Shown: in pieces, positions 1 to 11,786 of the stretch
Position numbering within the stretch: position 1 is the first letter of the stretch
Layout: every line of letters starts with the position of its first letter
Assembly (NCBI GenBank): GCA_002633005.1
Contig: NMRA01000726.1
Location: forward strand, 114,638 to 178,637
Direction of reading: 5' to 3'
DNA length: 64,000 bases
From: Phoronis australis
Lineage: Eukaryota; Animalia; Phoronida
Notes under the pieces: generated by a model
What the model was told of the DNA's origin: nothing
What the model saw: only the letters and a program-made list of their open reading frames with translations
The model's database searches: none
Position numbers and translations under genes: made by a program

Positions 1-298
1 CACGTTTTACATTCAACGATTCTCAGAATTCTGAAATGAAGCATCAAATATTGCCTTATAACAACATTCTAACTTGGTAGGACAGGATTTATTAAATAAG
101 AATTATTCCAGGTCAAAAATAATTTCTGGTTCTGGTGTTTTTTGACAAATTGACGCAGTGGAGAAATATTTCAGTTTGTATTTGATATTTGTAGCCGTGG
201 ACTAGTGGCAACAGTGCATGCTAGGGAGTCTCAGTCATAATTTTGGGATTCGAGGGGGCAACTAGTGAGTATAGTATCTTGTAATTTCGCACACTGTT

Positions 299-622
299 AA
301 ATAACGTAGAAAAAATATCTGAAACTAAATAAGGCGATCCAGATCTTCCCAAGGATACTATTGTTTCATGAAATGAAGAATATAAATCAGTAAATAAAAC
401 AACAAGAATGGATCAAGTGAAATTTGAAATTTTCGGATGTAATAACTTCTTTTGTCAACAAAAACAGAAATAAAGTAAAATCAAACACAAAATGACAATT
501 GACATATGAGATATTGTCATTTTGTGTTTGATTTTACTTTATTTCTGTTTTTGTTGACAAAGGGAGTTATTACATCCGAAAATTTCAAATTTCACTTGAT
601 CCATTCTTGTTGTTTTATTTAC
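299..622. repeat. Dispersed ~200-bp repeat (299-505; also 23870-24068) with an adjacent inverted partial copy, forming a 110-bp-arm palindrome
   Basis: 390-499 is nearly the exact reverse complement of 513-622. aataacgtagaaaa..atctgaaactaaataaggcgatccagatc recurs at 23870. Confidence 0.9.
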
Positions 623-1820
623 CAATTTATATTTGCACACTGTTACAAATTATGGGTGCCCTTCACACAAAAGGTCTTTGGAAATTGACAAGCAAGGTCA
701 GTCGGCAAAGCAGTTCCTTGTCAACCCTGGTCTTACTCTTACCAGGGGTTTTTGGTCCTGATTAAAAGATAACTGTTTATTACCCCCAATGATTTTTGAC
801 ATAAAAATACTATTGCTCACATGTTGCACACACAAAAGAAGCCAGAATTAGTCATAAGGACCAGGCACACTGGTATAGCTATAGTAATCCCAAACAGTAT
901 GTAGGCCTAACATTCCTTAAGTTACAAAGTTGGGAAATCTGATGCAACGCACTGCCTACATTACAATGGATTGAATAATTATTATACATTTTGATGTTTT
1001 CTGCATAAACGGCAGATCCCATAAACGTTTCTTCATCATCAGAAGCTTTTGTTGGCATAATAAGAATTAAGCTTTGACTTTGAGTTTGAGCAAAGCTGGT
1101 GACCATCATCTATGTTTTTAAATACTTCCAATGAACAACACATAACTTATGTCCCAGAGTTAGAACTAAAGTTTAAATAAGTCAAGTTTTTAAATAGGTG
1201 AAATGGGAATTCATCGCAGTGGCAGCTTACGCGACCCGGCTAAATGGAACTGTTCCAGTTTAGAGACAACCCAACCGGTACGCCTTTCACAACCTTTCAG
1301 CAGGTTCGTCAGCTGTGATTTTCACACTTCCGCATCATGATTAACCAACTGCGCATGCTCATTTTTTATCAACAAGTTTGGCATGTTCGTCACTCTGCAC
1401 GCGGAAGTCTTTTATCGTTGCCAAAAAAGCAAAATATAGGGTCAGATATGTATGTTTTCAACAGCACAAGATTTCGTTAATGCTTGGACAATATTGGTGT
1501 GAGTTAACGTAAGTATTTTGGGGCTCTTAAAACTTTCTGTTCCATCACCGGTCAGGTGACACTGACAGTGACAGGTTGTTGCGTCGTGACTGATCGTGAA
1601 TGACTCGTCATAACTGACAACAGAGATTTGACGATGGGTCAAACAGTTTTGTTTACATGAGTGCCCTCTAATTTGTGAGGTAAGCAGATGGTACGATTGT
1701 GTCCTTTGTCTCCCACCGAGTGTAGTTTACGAACACGAAACTTTTTAAAAAGTTCCGATCAAGAAACTGACTTTTTATTTAACCGCATTTTATTTAACCA
1801 CTGGTTTCAAACACAAGCGA

Positions 1821-1877
1821 CCTCAGCTTCTGATCGTCCCCAATATGTAGTGTATTGGGGACGATCAGAAGCTGAGG
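1821..1877. repeat. Perfect 25-bp hairpin
   Basis: cctcagcttctgatcgtccccaata-tgtagtg-tattggggacgatcagaagctgagg. Confidence 0.9.
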
Positions 1878-3366
1878 ACACCTGTGGTTTCAAATAGTTT
1901 CTTGATTTGATGACAAGTGATATCTGGTTATGAACTGACACTGTTTACTGTTATAGATTCATATCATATGACAAGCTGGTCTAGGACTATAGCCATCCAG
2001 CTAGATTTGTACCAAGGCTACTAGGGCTATAACGAAAGTAGTGCCAGTAATTCTCTCCAAGAAGAAGTTAACATAACTTAAACATTGACATACTGTATGG
2101 TTATCGCGTGCAGTGAAAAAGTTAACGGTAACCAATAAAGTGGAGTTGGAATTCCTCGACAAAATCAGCTGAATTCTCACAACTAAACTTCATCGAAGAT
2201 AAATGTATATATAGATGTAGAAAGGACCAATGATGAAAGTAAGCGCTTTTTTAATTGAAAGTGTGGAATTTATTTTTGATGAGGGGAAAACTCAAAATCG
2301 GTGACCGGATTTGGGTTACCGCCCGTTTAAAATACATGTAACGAAATGAGTACAGAAAGCGAATGGACGTATTGTAGCCCCTAAATGGCCAACCGAGGGG
2401 CTACGTGTTGCCTAGAGTAAAACTAGACCGCTCTTTTACTTTTTTCTAATCGTAACTCGGCCTATTATACCTCGACCTCTTGGGTCAGTCGTATTATTTT
2501 TTGTGGTAGGTTAATTTGCATGTAGCTGAAGCAATATTTGTACAAGAATAAAATGAAAAAATGTAGCAAATTTTTTACAAAGTTCTAGAGTTGAGTGCCT
2601 TCATATCTTTCATTCACCACTTAATCTCCCAGGGCGACATGTTCTATTTGTGATTTCAAGGTCCTAATGTGAAAAGGGTAAAATAAATAACATAAATTCA
2701 AAGGATTTCCAGGAAAAGGTCCCAAATTCCGTATCCTACCCAACTATGGCTTTGTTGGTTACTGTGAATGAAGGCATCATTTTATACCATTTTTGGAAAA
2801 GGGATATTTGTAGGTGTTTGTGTATAGGACGAAAATCGGTGAAAAGGATTGTTTCAGAGCATTTTCTGCGAAAAAGGTCAGGGTCATTTCAGAAACCTAA
2901 AATTTGTCGAAAGGAGTGAAATTATGACCCCCAGTTCATTCATGCATACTAGCCTTATACTACACAACCTGGTCACATGTAGTTATTGAATATTAGAATT
3001 TGTGTCTGATTTTAGATTCTACTGTAGTAGGTGTGTGTGTCTGGCAAAAGAATTTTAACCGCTGATTTGCTGATGTTCATGGGGACCTGGATAAGATAAT
3101 CATACAGTACGCAATGCATGTTACAGGCATATCACTTCAACTTCTAGATTGACAGGGTGGGCATTTTATTGTATCTGATTATTTATAAATTATCAAGTAG
3201 TTTTATTAATCAATTTGCAGTTGCATTTAGGTCAATAAAAATGGGTGATTCACTCCATCAGACGCATTTGCACGAGGTGCACGTGACATGGGCAGCTTAC
3301 ACGGAGCAGCTCATCGGTACAAGAATGTGTGCAAACACAACTGACATGGTGCAAACCGACACCACA

Positions 3367-3836
3367 CAGGCCTTTATGCAGCGTATGTCCCTAGCACTAA
3401 TATGGACACCCTAGAAAGGACACCCAATGTATCATTTGGAGGCCCACTATCAATAGGAACCTTTCAAGTTTGGACACACACATTGTAATGATCACTAGGA
3501 AGCCTATGAAGATTCACAGTAGCGGCTCTTTTTTCAAAGCAGAAAGAAATATACAATGTATAAGTATATACAATGTTGCTATGCTCATGCTTGGTTGATA
3601 GCATTGTAAAAGTCTTGGTATCCACAGTTTTTTTTTAGTAAATATGCTCACTACAGAAGGCTGTTTTATAAACTTAGATGTAAAAACCTTGGTCTATGCA
3701 TTTTTTTTGTAAAAAAATCTGCGTGTTTGAGGGAATTACTGGGGGTGGGGGGTTACGCATCAGAATCATGGACGCCCTGGAATATTGGGAACCCCATTTT
3801 GGACACCCTGTTTTCGAAATCCTGGATAAAGGCCTG
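3367..3836. mobile_element. MITE with hAT-like CAGG ends
   Basis: TIR CAGGCCTTTATnCAG at both ends. Flanked by caccaca / caccacg; the duplicate copy's right flank (7186-7192) reads caccaca. Confidence 0.7.
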
Positions 3837-6800
3837 CACCACGGCGGCCTTTTTTTGCCACCGGTTTGATAGGTAGGGCAAGTTCCACTTGATCAGTTGT
3901 TCCCATGTCAACTGCACATCTAAACATAAGATGGGGCAAGGTAGAAGTGAGATTATTGCACTTGCGTGGAATTAAGCATTTATATATAGGAATAGGATCA
4001 CTTTATCACTTTGTTTTGGATTTTCGATGGCCATGGTTTATTCAAACATGCGCAGACAGTCTTCATAATTGATTGGCTTCCATGCAGATCTTGTTTTCAA
4101 TAGTGTCTTACGGTATAACAGTAACTCAAGTGCATCATCTCCCACCAGGCATGACAACTTGCACAGTGGCAACTGTTCCTTGTGTAAAAATGGCTATTGC
4201 CTCAAAAACGCCTTTTATTATTTAGGATATTAAATTATGTGGTCATCAATAGAAATTTTAATTTTTCAACTGAACATATTTTGCTCCCTTGTTCATTCAG
4301 GTTCTGCTGAACAAATGTCATCCGTCAAGTGTTTCGCAGTCGAATTTATTTGTTGTTATTCAGGGTCGTCGATCATTTCAGTAATTATTTTCTTGGAAAT
4401 ATTTTATACAAACATGTTTAAAGCCTAACTTCAACAGCATTTTGTTATTTTAGGTGTATTGGGCTAACCAGATAGTCCTAGGAAAGTTTTAGTAAAATAA
4501 GAAAATGTAATCCCGTTTAATGATAAGTGAAGCTGCCATTTCGTGCCATGTTGCGTCACCGTGAGATCCCAGCAAAAACAACGAACTGTTGTATTGAACA
4601 GGGGTCCGAATAGAACACCATTGTGTGCGAGTGTTATTCGCTGCTGTTTGAATTAAAAGGTGATTCTGGAGGTGACGTAGACAAAAGCAAGCCAATAGCC
4701 TAACAGTTCGTATACATTTACCGATTTATGGCACTAGTGGGCTCAGAGCGATGCGCTTAACATACTGTATGAACCAAATTTACAGGTGTTACTGTTGAAG
4801 ATAGGCTTTAATGTATATAAGTGATGTGATTTCTTCATTGTAATATGGTAACTGTTCACTTCATTGTTGTGGACTAACTTTGTACACTACTGTCATGTAT
4901 GAACTGGGAGTAATATTGGTCCTATGTATGACTAATCAGAATGTGTAAGAGTTACTCCAACACTATTTTCATGCTTGCAGTCATATTTATGACTTGTCAT
5001 CATGATTGGCTTGGAGGAGGTAAGCAGTCCTTATATTAGCTTGGAATTTTGTGTCCAGGGAGGTAAATTGTGGGTTTTGTTCATGCACAACAGTCCTTTT
5101 CAAAATGGCAGGCAAGGTCTCAGTGAAAGCAGTTCAGTTATGAATAGCTGAGCCCTGGATAAACGATTTTCTCCTGACTTTCATAGAACATGGGAGAAAA
5201 TGGACAGTTGTCGTATCTGGCTTGGTATGCAAAATTGTATATGATAATTAGAATGTTTTGCATTGAACTTGAAGCATTTAGAGTATTTTTTTAATTATGG
5301 GTTTTAATGTTAGGTATGTTTGTTTTATTGCAGAGTACTGTTTCATTGGATGATGGGTCAGTAGGATGTATTTCATCTTTCTACCCAGCAGTATTTCTTT
5401 CATGAGAAACTTCTCTGCCTGTTCTGTGCACAACCTGTACTATGTAGTCTCATCCACGTAATTTGTTTTACACTGGACACACTGCTGGTCTTCATACCGG
5501 GATTTTCTGTAGATCAACTCACCTGCTGAAACGCCCATGGGCATTTATTCAGAAAATTATGACGAATAGATGCTCATGGGGGTTTATTTGGGGCTACAAC
5601 TTCTGGTGTCAAGTGTCCATATAGTGGGGTGTTTATTCAGAAAATTTCCTCTTGAAAAGCCACTAAGCGTCAACTTTTGGTCACAAATTCAATTTTGTGG
5701 AGCATTTGTCATTTATAAAAACATGCAAGGTGCTGGAGAACTATGCATTTATTAACATAGAATTTAAAAGCACATTTTCAAGTAAAAATTGTCAAAGTCA
5801 TGAAACCTACGACTTTCCGTTTACACGCCCCCCCCCCCTTTTCTGAATGAACACCAGGTGTTTATTTGGTGTTTTTAAAGTGTCTGAAATTTTTCATTTT
5901 CCAAATACCTGCCTAGGGGCTTATCTACGGAAAATTCCGGTACTTCTCCTTACTCGCTACCCAGCNTAAAATCAAATGAAACATGCATATGTGTACATGA
6001 AGTTATAATTAACACATACCCTGACTCTGGACACAATTAAGTCTACAAATAACTTAAGCATATCAATGAAAACCTCGCGGTTCTCTCGAGTTTCTCTCAC
6101 TGGCCGCCATTTTGCGGAAGTTACGTGAAATCACGCGTGTTGACGAACAAAAAGTCCAAGGGACACAAATCTTACAAATTTCACTTGATATTTTCTCATG
6201 CTATTTTGCAAGTGTCACGCGCCAGGTCACGCTCCAGATCTCGCGCTTCGCTCAGTCTCGCGCTAGCTTTTGCCTCATGCTCACCTGACTCACTTGAAAT
6301 ACTTAATTGTGCTTATCGCGCGCGCGGACAAAGTTAACAGTAACCACAAAGTGGAGTTGGAATTCTTCGCCAAAGTCACCTGAATTCCCGTATATATGCT
6401 TCATCGAAGATACGTTTAGAAGCAGAAAGAGTTACTGAAGAAAGTAAGAGCCTTTTAGGTGGTAATTTTAGGTGCAGAATGTATTTTTGACGAGGTGAAA
6501 ACTTTATCAGTGAGCGGATTTCGCCTTCCGCCCGTTTAAAATACACGGGATGAAATTAGTGCAGAACGCGATAGAACGTATTGTAGTGCAAATCTGAATT
6601 TCATTTGCCATAACAGCAATGCTTTTTGGACATTTTTCGAACTAAACGACTAAAAACTCGAAGACAATAACAGAATACACTCTGCTACCGTATTGGGCAA
6701 ATGACCAAACGACAAGCTTTTGCCCCACTTCCCGTGACGTCACAGTTAAGTCTCACATAATCTCGCGTTACTGTTATAAACTCGCAAAAGGCCTATAGGA

Positions 6801-8739
6801 ACCTTTCAAGTTTGGACACACACATTGTAACGATTACTAGGAAGCCTATGAAGACTCACAGTGGTGGCTCTTTTTTCAAAGCAGGAAGAAATATACAAAG
6901 TATATACAAAGTATATACAATGTTGCTATGCTCACACTTGGTTGATAGCATTGTAAAAGTCTTGGTCTACACAGTTTTTTTTTAGAAAAAATGCTCACTA
7001 CAGAAGGCTATTTTGTAAACTTAGATGTAAAAACTTTGGCTGATGCATTTTTTGTAAAAAAATGTGCATGTTTGGGGGGATTACTGGGGGTGGGGGGGGG
7101 GTTACGCGTCGGAATTATGGACGCCCTGGAATATTGGGAACCCCATTTTGGACACCCTATTTCCGAAATCCTGGATAAAGGCCTGCACCACAACGGCCCT
7201 TTTTTGCCACACCTTTGATAGGTAGGGCAAGTTCCACTTGTCAGTTGTTCCCATGTGAACTGCACATCTAAACAAGGTAGAAGGGAGATTATTACACTTG
7301 CGTGGAATTAAGCATTTAAGTGAAGCTGCCGTTTCGTGCTATGTTGCGTCACCGTGAGATCCCAGCAGAAACAACGAACTGATGTATTGAACAGGGGTCT
7401 GAATAGAACACCATTGTGTGAGAGTGTTATTCGCTGCTGTTTGAATTAAAAGGTGATTTTGGAGGTGACGTAGACAAAAGCAAGCCATTAGCCTACCAGT
7501 TCGTTACATTTACCAATTTATGGCACTAGTGGGCTCAAAGCGATGCGCTTAACATACTGTATGAACCAAATTTACAGGTGTTACCGTTGAAGATAGGCTT
7601 TAATGTATATAAGTGATGTGATTTCTTCATTGTAATATCATAATGGTAACTGTTCACTTCATTGTTGTGGACAAACTTTGTACACTACTGTCATGTATGA
7701 CTAATCAGAATGTGTAACCAGTTACTCCAACATTAAATTCATGCTCACAATCATATTTATGACTTGTCATCATGATTGGCTTGGAGGAGGTAAGCAGTCC
7801 TTACGGTATATTAGCTTGGAATTTTGTGCCCAGGGTGGTAAATCCTGGGTTTTGTTCACGCACAACAGTCCTTTTCAAAATGGCAGGCAAGGTCTCAGTG
7901 AAAGCAGTTCAGTTATGAATGGCTGAGCCCTGGATAAATGATTTTCTCCTGACTTTCATTGAACATGGGAGAAAATGGACAGTTGTTGTATTTGACTTGG
8001 TATGCAAAATTGTATATGATTATTAGAATGTTTTGCATTGAATTTGAAGCATTTAGAATAATTTTTGAATTATGAGTTTTAAAGTTGGGTATGTTTGTTT
8101 TATTGTAGAGTACTGTTTCATTGGATGATGGGTCAGTAGGATGTATTTCATGTTTCTACCCAGCAGTATTTCTTTCATGAGAAACTTTTCTGCCCGTTCT
8201 GTGCACAACCTGTACTATGTAGTCTCTTCCACGTAATTTGTTGTACACTGGACACACTGCTGGTCTTCATACCGGGATTTTCTGTAGATCAACTCACCTG
8301 CTGAAACGCCCATGGGCATTTATTCAGAAAGTTATGACGAATAGATGCTCAAGGGGGTGTATTTGGGGCTACAACTTCTGGTGTCAAGTGTCCATATATT
8401 GGGGCGTTTATTTGGAAAATTTCCTCTTGAAAAGCCACTAAGCGTCAACTTTTAGTCACAAATTCAATTTTGTGGAGCATTTGTCATTTATAAAAACATG
8501 CAATGTGCTGGAGAACTATGCATTTATTAACATAGAATTTAAAAGCACATTTTCAAGTAAAAATTGTCAAAGTCATGAAACCTACGACTTTCCGTTTACA
8601 CGCCCCCCCCCCTTTTCTGAATGAACACCAGGTGTTTATTTGGTGTTTTTAAAGTGTCTGAAATTTTTCATTTTCCAAATACATGCCTAGGGGCTTATCT
8701 ACGGAAAATTCCGGTACTTCTCCTTACTCGCTACCCAGC
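3453..8739 (+). repeat. Near-identical duplication 3453-5965 / 6795-8739, likely an uncollapsed haplotype
   Basis: Colinear with scattered SNPs and a ~540-bp indel; the first copy ends exactly at N 5966. Confidence 0.85.
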
Positions 8740-10387
8740 TGAAACAGGTAACCTACTTCATAGAGATAGTAGATGGTTTTTGTTTTCATTAAAAATGCAA
8801 ATCTTGGCTGTCTCACAGTCAGATTTTTCTTTGTCCTCCCCTCGTCTTATTTCTGTATTCACGTCCAGGTAATAAACCCCTCTAGCGCTCTCTGGGCTTA
8901 ACTCCAATTATTGTAGGTTATATTTTTCTTAGATAAACATTAAAAACCTGTGATGACATTCATTGAGCACTGACCCAGTAGAGGTTTCAGTTTTCAGTCG
9001 CTCCTTTTATTTGAAGAAGCACTTTGGCTGCTGTTGTCCCTTGCATTAAGTGCACAGTACTGCAGTATCTCACAATGTCAACTTTTAGACAAATTCGGAA
9101 CATCGTATCTCGGGCTGGTTGTAGTTACATGAAACTTTCAGATATTATACCTTGTGTTCTCCAAAAGACTATGAGGAATTGTTTTTTAGTTCCTCTTCTG
9201 CATCAAGAGCTATCAAAAATAGGACTTATATATGATTTTATGAACAAAAATTTAATAAGGACTAAAGAGTAATAACTTAGAAAACTGTAACATTGTTTTC
9301 CAAGTTTTTTTCATTTATGTCATACTCATTTGGTCATGTTATTGATTCTGTTGTTGTGCTATGAATGTTGTTTTCTTTTTTACAAAATTTTCCTAAAAAA
9401 GAAAAGTCCTGTGACCTAATTAGTGGCAATGTGGTTTAGAAGTCAATATGAACTTCCACGGAATTTATGCTTTGCTGAGGTAGCTTTGTAGATATTTGGC
9501 TCAATGTAGACTTGGCAATGATGTCCTACATGGGCTTATGTTAATGAGCTCATGTAAGTTGCTCTGCTCATACATTTACTTTTGCAATGCATGCACATGA
9601 AAATGAAAAATAAAAATGTGAGTGAGGCACAATGAAACTTTCTTCGCCTTTCCTTAAGTCCACTCAGGAATGTGTTTACATGTAGAAAACTAAGTCAATC
9701 ATAGTAGACACTTTTTTATATTTTCTAAGGAAGAGCAATGACTTCAGGATGTGGGTAGTGTTTTTGTAACTGACTCACTGGGTTACTCATCAGCATTAGG
9801 TTTGATATTGCCTGTCACATTTACAGTGTGTTTGTTGCCAGTCAACCGTTTGACTTGGAATGACGTCACACATTGCGGGTATTTTCACGTGCTGAAAAGA
9901 CAAAATCGGGAGCGCTTTTGATCCAAATGTTATGAACGAATGTTAGTTATAAAAGCAGGAGACCAGAAGTCAGGGTCAGACAAGTTTTATTGTGCCTCAC
10001 TCAGCCTTATTTTGTTGGGATTTGCATTATAATTTGGTAAAACTTTAATTCACGTTAGAATTACAACGGGGGGAGGGGGGAGGCGAGGGGGTGGAACATT
10101 TAAATGTAAAAGTGGCAATGGTGTGCATATATGAGTTGGGACAAGTGCTCAATGGATAGGAAGAATTATGGGTAAAATTTACCACAAAACCATAGAGGGT
10201 GCTATAGTATTCATGTAAGTGTTGCACCTTTAAAGTGGAACTTGCACACTAATTCTTTATCTCTGTGATTGGTTGGCCAAGTTAGTTAGAAAAACAACAT
10301 ATATCGATGATGTGAATATGAGGTAGGTTGAAAATTGCTAAAGGTTTTTTAATACAAGTTTTTTGTATAAAACGATCCGCCGCAAGT

Positions 10388-11528
10388 ACGTATTTTAATA
10401 ATTCTTGATCAGAAAAATATGTATCAGAGTCCTACTCTGAGTAATAATTCTACAGAATATTGCATCATTTTTGCATTAATAACGTGTCCGCATGTCGAGA
10501 ACCAGTTTGAAGCCTGTATACTCAATGGAGAAAGCTGGTTCTCAAAATGCTAGGCTGATGCATTATAGCCAGCTATTACTTTTTTCGTCTCAGATGCCAG
10601 GATGTTTGAATTCTTGTATGCATAGCTGACTGGTCTTTCAGGAAGCATTGACAAAAATATTAGTGTTTTGAGAGTGCATACCACCCTGAACTGACATTTT
10701 GTATATTATCATGACATATAATTGTATATAGAACATTATTAATGATAACATTATGTAATGGCATACACTAACATCGTTCTTGTGGTATCATTGCCCACCT
10801 GATCTCTTTTGGAGGAGTTAAATAAAACAGACATCTTTAGCGTGAAACGTGACCTTGAAAAAACTCAGCCCACAGGTCCTGCTAGTATGCTGGGACTAGG
10901 AAACAGTAAGAGACTGGTTCCTAGGCTGGGAGTATAGCCCCAGGACTAGGTGACTGCNACGTATTTTAATAATTCTTGATCAGAAAAATATGTATCAGAG
11001 TCCTAGTCTGAGTAATAATTTTACAGAATATTGCATCATTTTTGCATTAATATCGTGTCCGCATGTCGAGAACCAGTTTGAAGCCTGTATACTCAATAGA
11101 GAAAGCTGGTTCTCAAAATGCTAGGCTGATGCATTATAGCCAGCTATTACTTTTTTCGTCTCAGATGCCAGGATGTTTGAATTCTTGTATGCGTAGCTGA
11201 CTGGTCTTTCAGGAAGCATTGACAAAAATATTAGTGTTTTGAGAGTGCATACCACCCTGAACTGACATTTTGTATATTATCATGACATATAATTGTATAT
11301 AGAACATTATTAATGATAACATTATGTAATGGCATACACTAACATTGTTCTTGTGGTATCATTGCCCACCTGATCTCTTTTGGAGGAGTTAAATAAAACA
11401 GACATCTTTAGCGTGAAACGTGACCTTGAAAAAACTCAGCCCACAGGTCCTGCTAGTATGCTGGGACTAGGAAACAGTAAGAGACTGGTTCCTAGGCTGG
11501 GAGTATAGCCCCAGGACTAGGTGACTGC
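10388..11528 (+). repeat. 570-bp tandem duplication around N 10958, likely an assembly artefact
   Basis: 10388-10957 matches 10959-11528 with a few SNPs. Confidence 0.9.
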
Positions 11529-11786
11529 CCCTGCCCATGAAGCCGATGAACACAACAAGGAAATCCATGGTCCTCCAGGTGCTATATCCAAAACAATGTT
11601 ATCTAAGAGTAGCTAACTAAATAAACAGAACCAAGTGACCCCTCATTATGGTGCTATTGACATGTTACCTGTATCATGGTAACCTTTAAAAGCCTGTGGA
11701 GCTCCAGATCAAGGTTTAGCTCTGAACAATACCTTATCTGGTATTTTTCTCCAAGCTTGATTATCTTGCTGCCTCACTGAGTACAG

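Noticed and set aside
2385-2416. Helitron 3' end (gtagcccct...aggggctac then ctag)
   Set aside because: The CTAG is not followed by T and no matching 5' end was identified.
10388-11528. True tandem duplication or satellite
   Set aside because: The junction is a single N and the copies differ by only a few SNPs, as expected for overlapping contig ends.
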